From contig JAPPHY010000002.1 in the NCBI GenBank assembly GCA_028877205.1, forward strand, positions 13,994 through 77,993: DNA of 64,000 bases. Direction: 5' to 3'. Under the pieces are notes generated by a model. The model searched no databases. It was not told the DNA's origin and worked only from the letters and a program-made list of their open reading frames with translations. Each line of letters begins with the position of its first letter. Position 1 is the first letter of the stretch. This stretch comes from Chloroflexota bacterium. GTDB lineage: Bacteria > Chloroflexota > Dehalococcoidia > Lucifugimonadales > UBA2985. This document shows positions 58,155 through 64,000 of this stretch, one piece after another. A program made the position numbers and the translations under genes.

Positions 58155-59228
58155 ATGACGCAGCTTCACAACGTAAACGTGCAGAGCATTCAGCCCCTGG
58201 TCTCTCCCAGGGAGTTTCTGGAGCAGTATCCCATCACACCCCAAATTGCCCAACTGGTGATGGACGGCCGCGAGCAGGTGGCCCGCATCATCCGCGGCGA
58301 GGACGAGCGTATGCTCATGGTCACGGGGCCGTGTTCCATCCACGACCTTGAGGCCGGATACGCCTACGCCAAGCGATTGAAGGAGCTAGCCACTGACTTG
58401 CAGGACCAGCTGCTGGTCGTCATGCGGGTCTACTTCGAGAAGCCGCGCACGACGGTTGGATGGAAGGGAATGATCTACGATCCGCATCTCAACGGCAGCT
58501 TCGACATCCAGAGCGGGCTCCGCATGGCACGCGAGTTTCTGCTGCAGGTGGGTGAGCTGGGACTGCTAACCGCGATCGAGTTCGTCGACCCGATAACCCC
58601 GCAGTACCTGGCTGACCTCTACTCCTGGGCGGCCGTAGGTGCAAGGACGGCGGAGAGCCAGACGCACCGTCAGATGAGCAGCGGCCTGAGCATGCCCGTG
58701 GGCTTCAAGAACGGCACCGGCGGCAGCATCCAGCTGGCCGTAGATGGCGTGGTGGCCGCCCAAGCCGTGCAGGGTTTTCTGGGAGTTGACGCCGAGGGCA
58801 AGGCGTCTGTGGTGGTCACCAAGGGCAACCCCAATTGCCACATCGTTCTGCGAGGCGGCAGCCGCGGCACCAACTTCGATGCGGAGTCCGTGGCCGACGC
58901 GATCGAGAGGCTCGAGAAGTCTCGCGTGTGCCCGCGACTGATCGTCGACTGCTCGCACGCCAACTGCGGCAAGGACCACACCAAGCAGCGCATCGCCTTC
59001 AACGACGTGCTCGAGCAGCGAGTGTCCGGCAACACGAACATCGTGGGCGTAATGCTGGAGAGCCACCTGTTCGAGGGCAACCAGCCGCTGGACGAGAAGA
59101 ACCCGGGCAGCCTCAAGTATGGCGTATCCATAACCGACCCGTGCGTAGGTTGGGAGGAGACGGTGGAGCTGCTGACGGCGGCCCACAGCGCGCTCGGCGC
59201 CGCCCGCAAAGCCGCCGCTCCGGCGTAG
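58155..59228 (+). CDS. aroG: 3-deoxy-7-phosphoheptulonate (DAHP) synthase, class I
   Basis: LMVTGPCSIHD, KPRTTVGWKGMIYDP, DCSHANC motifs. Confidence 0.9.
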   Translation: MTQLHNVNVQSIQPLVSPREFLEQYPITPQIAQLVMDGREQVARIIRGEDERMLMVTGPCSIHDLEAGYAYAKRLKELATDLQDQLLVVMRVYFEKPRTTVGWKGMIYDPHLNGSFDIQSGLRMAREFLLQVGELGLLTAIEFVDPITPQYLADLYSWAAVGARTAESQTHRQMSSGLSMPVGFKNGTGGSIQLAVDGVVAAQAVQGFLGVDAEGKASVVVTKGNPNCHIVLRGGSRGTNFDAESVADAIERLEKSRVCPRLIVDCSHANCGKDHTKQRIAFNDVLEQRVSGNTNIVGVMLESHLFEGNQPLDEKNPGSLKYGVSITDPCVGWEETVELLTAAHSALGAARKAAAPA

Positions 59229-59321
59229 GGCACAGCCCGGGGACGAAGTTCTTCGCCATTAGACCAGTAGCCATTTTCGCAGGTGGGTCCGACCGAGCGG
59301 TGAGCGTACGAGACTCTGGCT

Positions 59322-59864
59322 ATGGATGACGAACTTGCCTCGTTCTTGGATTCGTTGACTCCTTTCGCGGAGCAAACGGTTACCTGGCCGACGGCCAAAT
59401 TGCGATTGGCGTGCTACCTAACCGACAAGACGCCACCTCGGAGATACGTGACCTCCGCGCGGGCAGTGGTAACCGACAGGGACACAGTGTTGGTTGTCCA
59501 GGACCCCAACAATAGGCATATCATGCTAGGTGGCAGACTTGAACCTCATGAGTCGCCCGCGGATGCGCTGCAACGAGAGGTACTTGAAGAGACTGGTTGG
59601 AGCCTGGCAAATTGCCGTCCCATCGGGATATTGCACTTCACTCACATCGAGCCTGTGCCGGAGTGCTTGAGCTACCCGTACCCTGACTTTCTTCAGATCG
59701 TTTACGCAGCCAGTGCAGATTCGTACCACCCGGAACTAAAGGAAGTAGATGGCTATGAGCTCGGCTCCGATTTCCTGTCCGCCGCAGATGCAAGAAGCCT
59801 GTCTCTGGACATGGGCCAGCAGGTGTTTCTCAATGTTGCTCTGGGACAATCTCCTGTGGGGTAG
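59322..59864 (+). CDS. NUDIX hydrolase
   Basis: Nudix box GGRLEPHESPADALQREVLEETG. Confidence 0.8.
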   Translation: MDDELASFLDSLTPFAEQTVTWPTAKLRLACYLTDKTPPRRYVTSARAVVTDRDTVLVVQDPNNRHIMLGGRLEPHESPADALQREVLEETGWSLANCRPIGILHFTHIEPVPECLSYPYPDFLQIVYAASADSYHPELKEVDGYELGSDFLSAADARSLSLDMGQQVFLNVALGQSPVG

Positions 59865-60006
59865 TAGAGAAAGTCGTGGCCGTTCTCATGAGTGATGTAG
59901 GTTGTCAGAGCAGACGGGACTGCAAGGGCTAAGAGATCAGCGTCGATTGTAGGTGTTGCGTGCTACCATTCCAGTCCGGCTTGCGTGAAGTCCTCCCATC
60001 AGACCC

Positions 60007-60945
60007 TCATACCCCGTCATATGCGCGTTGTATCGCGTCTGCCACGAACTCGAAGTAGTCGGTGTTCGCTCTATCGTCTGTAGCTGTGAGGTCGCCCATC
60101 TCGCGAGACGCGGGAATCCACAGCGCAGGACTTGGTAGGGCTCTCGCTGCCGCAACAACTTCCCAGAACCCGAGGTTTTTGAGGGCTTTCCCGGAAACCT
60201 CTTCGTAGCGCGTGAGGAATATGTCTGCGGCCGGCTTGATTCCTCTGAGGTACATATTCATTCTGAAGTAGGCGACATCTATCGCCGGGTCTCCGTAGGA
60301 GGCAAAGTCCCAGTCCACAACGGCGGATACGTGATCTCCGTCCCACAGAACGTTGCCCTGCCAGTAGTCCATGTGAAGCAGCACAGCAGGGACGGATGCA
60401 AGGTGCGACTTCAGGTCGCCCACGGCACCGTAAATCTCATTCGATAGTGGATGTCCCACCCTCTCACTCGCTGCATACTCCCGCAGAATGAACAGTGCTT
60501 CCTCTTGGCCTTCGCATAGCAGTCCCCGGTCATCGATTGAAGGTCGGATACTGTGGATCAGCAGCAAGAGGTCAGCCAACTCATTCGCCCAAGCTACGAC
60601 GTCTGTCGGACTCGCGATCTGGCGACCCTCGACGAAACTCGTGACTAACCCAGGGGTGCCGAGGAGTTCGCCGGTTTCATCCTTGAGAATGGGTTGAGGG
60701 ACTGGTACACCTCGCATCTTAGACACTTCAAGAGCGCGAAAACTGGCTTTCGCACACTTTGAGGCAAACTCAGGCTCGTCCACGAAATGCTTGATGACAA
60801 GCTTGGAAATTCGTCCAGCGCGATCCTTGCACTCAACGACAGTTACGTCGTTCGTGAATGCCGCAAAGGCAGATTCCGCCGACAAGAGGTGACTGCCTGG
60901 AACGGCTCGATGCACAATAGCCTGCAACCGATCAATACTAGGCAT
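60007..60945 (-). CDS. aminoglycoside/choline-kinase-like phosphotransferase (APH family)
   Basis: Catalytic loop LLHMDYWQGNVLW and VVDWDFASYGDP. The ATG at 60945 (MPSIDRL) is preferred over the Arg-rich upstream extension. Confidence 0.75.
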   Translation of the reverse strand: MPSIDRLQAIVHRAVPGSHLLSAESAFAAFTNDVTVVECKDRAGRISKLVIKHFVDEPEFASKCAKASFRALEVSKMRGVPVPQPILKDETGELLGTPGLVTSFVEGRQIASPTDVVAWANELADLLLLIHSIRPSIDDRGLLCEGQEEALFILREYAASERVGHPLSNEIYGAVGDLKSHLASVPAVLLHMDYWQGNVLWDGDHVSAVVDWDFASYGDPAIDVAYFRMNMYLRGIKPAADIFLTRYEEVSGKALKNLGFWEVVAAARALPSPALWIPASREMGDLTATDDRANTDYFEFVADAIQRAYDGV

Positions 60946-61046
60946 TGGCAATGCTGAACAGTCCACCCTGACCGGGTTGGGGAAGCAATCGAGGAAGAGG
61001 CCGTTGCGCCGCGCCTGCGCGCGGGCGCACCAGAAGCGCTGGCCGC

Positions 61047-61391
61047 CTAGCCGGAGCCGGCGCCTGCAGCTGAGCTCCCGTCTCCAGCGGTCGTGGACTG
61101 CGGGGCGCGCCGGCGGCGCCATCGCCAGCCCAGCATGACCAGCAGCTCTCCGACCGCCGCGTCCGTAACGTCGTCCTTGAGCGGCACGTCCGGGTGAATG
61201 CGATAGTGATTCATCCGGCCCACCTTGGTCTTGGTCACGTAGCCGGCGTCTTCAAGGTCCTTGATGATCTTGTGGGCCGCCCTCTCCGTGATGCCGGCGG
61301 CGTCGCCTATCTCCCTGGCCGTGGTGCGGGGGCTTTTTGCTATGGCAGCCAGGGTCAGTCCGTGGTTTGTAATAAACGCCCACTCAGCCAC
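61047..61391 (-). CDS. winged-helix (MarR/ArsR-like) transcriptional regulator
   Basis: PRTTAREIGDAAGITERAAHKIIKDLEDAGYVTKTKVGRMNHYRI HTH plus wing. GTG start. Confidence 0.6.
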   Translation of the reverse strand: MAEWAFITNHGLTLAAIAKSPRTTAREIGDAAGITERAAHKIIKDLEDAGYVTKTKVGRMNHYRIHPDVPLKDDVTDAAVGELLVMLGWRWRRRRAPQSTTAGDGSSAAGAGSG

Positions 61392-61710
61392 TGGAGAACC
61401 CCCCTGCGCGACCTCTTGACAGGTCTTGAGATATATGCATTAATATACTGGAAGTCTGGTTCATGTATAGGGGGCGTTGCATTACTTATCCGGCAACGCA
61501 ATTCCAGTATAAGGAATGTGGGTTGGGTCGACATGAACGCAGTATCATGTGCAATCCTTCCTTCTTCAGGGCAATTCTGTCATAAAGGAGAGGTGGTGTC
61601 AAGGTAACCAGGGTCGGCCAGGATGCCGGAATTTTGAAACAAGCGACGGGCGGCGGCCCGAGTACCGCCGGAATTCGGACCACTTGAAGTCTACAAGGAA
61701 ACCCAGCAAG

Positions 61711-61944
61711 ATGCAGTACCGAGCAGCATTCAGATCTATTTCGGAACACGTACACGCCGAGGCCCTGCGGGCGGCCCTCGATAGGTCGCTCAAGGCAGGC
61801 GCTCCTCCTATCATACGGCGTGCCCCCTTGCCTTCGTCCGTCAAGTGGCACGGGTTGAGCACGGCCGCCGCAGCCCCGAGCGACTTCTGGTTCAGCAAGG
61901 TCGGCCACCTGACGCCGATTGCTGTGCCGCCCCTCGATAGATAG
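61711..61944 (+). CDS. possible small protein (77 aa), hypothetical
   Basis: Internal ATG of ORF 61549..61944. GC3 rises in the distal half. Weak RBS. Confidence 0.2.
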   Translation: MQYRAAFRSISEHVHAEALRAALDRSLKAGAPPIIRRAPLPSSVKWHGLSTAAAAPSDFWFSKVGHLTPIAVPPLDR

Positions 61945-62021
61945 GCCTCCGTGGTGTTGACGCCGGTTGGCGCGTCCACTCGCGGGTGTCAGTTGGTGCG
62001 CGAACGACAGGTAGCGGCCTG

Positions 62022-62924
62022 ATGGACTGGGTACTCCTGTCGTTCGCCGCTGCGACCTTCCTCACGGCCAACAGCCTCGTGCAGCGATACGTGCTGCAGC
62101 GGGAGCTGAGCGGCGTGATCGCATTCGGGTTCTGGGGCGCGATGGTGCACATGGCGCTGGCGGCCGGCATCCTGTTGCTCCAGCCGCTGCCGGACTCGCT
62201 GCCGCTGCGGCCCGCCCTGGCGATGGCGGCCGTGGGGCTGCTGACAGTGGCCATAAGCGTCCTTAGCTGCAGCGCGATGCGAAGAGAGGAAGTCACCCGC
62301 GCGGCGCCGGTCGTGGACTCCAACCCCATCTTCATTGCGATCATGGCCGTGGCGTTCCTGGGGGAGACCATCAGCGCCGCCCAATGGGCTGCCATTTGTC
62401 TCGTCGTATCAGGGGCATTCCTCGCGTCCATGCACCAGCAGCCGGTCCGCGGCAAGTTCAGGGTGGGCCTGCCATTCTTCCTGCTGCTTGGCGCGTCATT
62501 CGGCATAGCCGTGCACAGTATCGTGTCCAAGTACGTGCTGGGCTACATGAGCTTCTGGCACGCATACGCCATCGCCTCCCTGGCCACCGCGCCCGCGTTC
62601 GCGGTCGTGGTGCAGGCCTCCGGCGCCTGGGCGCAGGTGCGGAAGGCGACGCAGGCGCCACGAACTTTCGCGTTGGTGTTGTCGGCCGGCGCGTTTCTGT
62701 CGCTGGCGATATTCTGCGCGCTGTGGGCGTTTCAGCTTGGCCCGGTGTCGCTGGCCTCCGCAATCATGGCCATTCGTCCCGTCATGGTGTTGGCCTATGC
62801 CGGGCTCATCGCATATCTCGCCCCGCGCGTGCTCATGGAGAGGAACTCCGGGGCTGCGCTTGCTGCGAAGGGTCTGGCCGCGACGTTCGTGACAGCAGGC
62901 GTCGGCGCCCTCGCCCTGGCGTAG
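62022..62924 (+). CDS. EamA/DMT-family transporter
   Basis: Ten hydrophobic helices in two homologous halves. Start taken at MDWVLLSF. Confidence 0.8.
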   Translation: MDWVLLSFAAATFLTANSLVQRYVLQRELSGVIAFGFWGAMVHMALAAGILLLQPLPDSLPLRPALAMAAVGLLTVAISVLSCSAMRREEVTRAAPVVDSNPIFIAIMAVAFLGETISAAQWAAICLVVSGAFLASMHQQPVRGKFRVGLPFFLLLGASFGIAVHSIVSKYVLGYMSFWHAYAIASLATAPAFAVVVQASGAWAQVRKATQAPRTFALVLSAGAFLSLAIFCALWAFQLGPVSLASAIMAIRPVMVLAYAGLIAYLAPRVLMERNSGAALAAKGLAATFVTAGVGALALA

Positions 62925-63038
62925 GCGTCCCGGCGCGCCGCCCTACCGCTCAGCTTGACGCTCATAGGGGCCTATGCTAGTATCCCTCTGCTCATTCTGC
63001 CTCTCGTGAGCAACCGGGACCGTCCAGCCAAGGAATCG

Positions 63039-63986
63039 ATGCAACTCCTCCGCGAACTGCCCGAACACCCGCCCAAAGAGAGCGCCCTGCTGACCATCGG
63101 CGTGTTCGACGGGGTGCATCTGGGCCATCGCTATCTGCTGGAGCGCCTTCGGGAGGCGGCTGCTCGTGAGGGCGCCCTGAGCGCGGTGCTCACATTCACC
63201 AACCACCCGAGAACCGTCATCAGGCCGGGAGACTGCGTGCCCTACATCACTCCCGTGGATGACCGGCTGGAGCTTCTTAGGCAGGAAGGCGTGGACCTGG
63301 TGATTCCACTGACCTTTGATGAAGAGCTATCCCGCCTGAAGGCACACGAGTTTGTTGACCTGCTGCGGGAGCGCGTGAACATGGGCGGACTGGTCATGGG
63401 AAACAGCTTTGCGATGGGCCACCAGCGGGGAGGTACGCCTGAGACACTGGCGCAGATGGGCCGCGACAAGGGCTTCTCCACGACCGTGGTTGAGTCGGCG
63501 TCCTCGCAGGGCGAGGAAGTGAGCAGCACCGCTATTCGCGAGGCGATTACAAGCGGGGACGTGAGCAGGGCTTCTCGTATGCTGGGCAGGAAGTTCGTGC
63601 TGCGAGGCGAGGTCGTAAGGGGACAGGCCCGCGGCAGGGAGCTGGGTTTTCCTACCGCAAACCTGGACCTGCCGGAGTGCCAGGTTGTACCCGGCAACGG
63701 CGTCTACGCCGCCAGGGCTGTCGTTGACGGCGCAGCGCTTCCGGCGGCCGTGAACATAGGCGTGAGACCCACGTTCGGCGACGGAGAGCGCATGGTCGAG
63801 GTGCACATTCTGGATTACGTTGGCGGAGACCTTTACGGCTCGAAGCTGGCAGTGGAGTTCGTCGAGCGGCTGCGCGATGAGCTCCGCTTTGGCTCGGTGG
63901 AGGAGCTTGTTGCGCAAATGAGTAAGGACGTGGAGCAGTCCAGGCAGATTCTGGGGCAGCTCCCGTCCGCTACGGATGCTCGTTGA
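63039..63986 (+). CDS. ribF: bifunctional riboflavin kinase / FMN adenylyltransferase
   Basis: TIGVFDGVHLGHRYLL (FAD synthetase) and GRELGFPTANL, VEVHILDY (riboflavin kinase). Confidence 0.9.
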   Translation: MQLLRELPEHPPKESALLTIGVFDGVHLGHRYLLERLREAAAREGALSAVLTFTNHPRTVIRPGDCVPYITPVDDRLELLRQEGVDLVIPLTFDEELSRLKAHEFVDLLRERVNMGGLVMGNSFAMGHQRGGTPETLAQMGRDKGFSTTVVESASSQGEEVSSTAIREAITSGDVSRASRMLGRKFVLRGEVVRGQARGRELGFPTANLDLPECQVVPGNGVYAARAVVDGAALPAAVNIGVRPTFGDGERMVEVHILDYVGGDLYGSKLAVEFVERLRDELRFGSVEELVAQMSKDVEQSRQILGQLPSATDAR

Positions 63987-64000
63987 GGCGGTGTAGAACA

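Overview
High-GC bacterial chromosomal segment. The repeat families and gene content suggest Chloroflexota (inference only, not verified). Most of the window is housekeeping: an unlinked 23S rRNA followed directly by tRNA-fMet, and the rpmH-rnpA-yidD-yidC-jag cluster. There is also a futalosine menaquinone operon (mqnE-mqnA-mqnC), a pentose-phosphate block (rpiB-tal-pgi-gnd), trpA-aroH-aroG, ribF, recQ, an OmpR-type two-component pair and two VapBC modules. The strongest signal is selenocysteine recoding. selD (54254..55300, minus) carries an in-frame UGA at codon 17. A DUF3179-like lipoprotein (51311..52468) is split in the ORF track only by an in-frame UGA in a W-[UGA]-P-L-C motif. Both UGAs are followed by a hairpin capped by a GUU loop, so the lipoprotein is a candidate selenoprotein with a UxxC motif. 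Other items: recQ is bracketed by a 212-bp direct duplication of a neighbouring gene's 3' end, and a lower-GC islet lies between tRNA-fMet and tRNA-Gln (UDG-like protein, XRE-membrane regulator, membrane-embedded HNH nuclease). A secreted DUF1524 nuclease carries 8 tandem Excalibur repeats, yidC and jag overlap by 113 nt, and several families of REP/MITE-like palindromic repeats generate spurious ORFs. No CRISPR array, integrase, transposase, 16S or 5S rRNA was recognised. All coordinates were read by eye and anchored to the ORF track. Homology calls come from motif recognition, not database searches.
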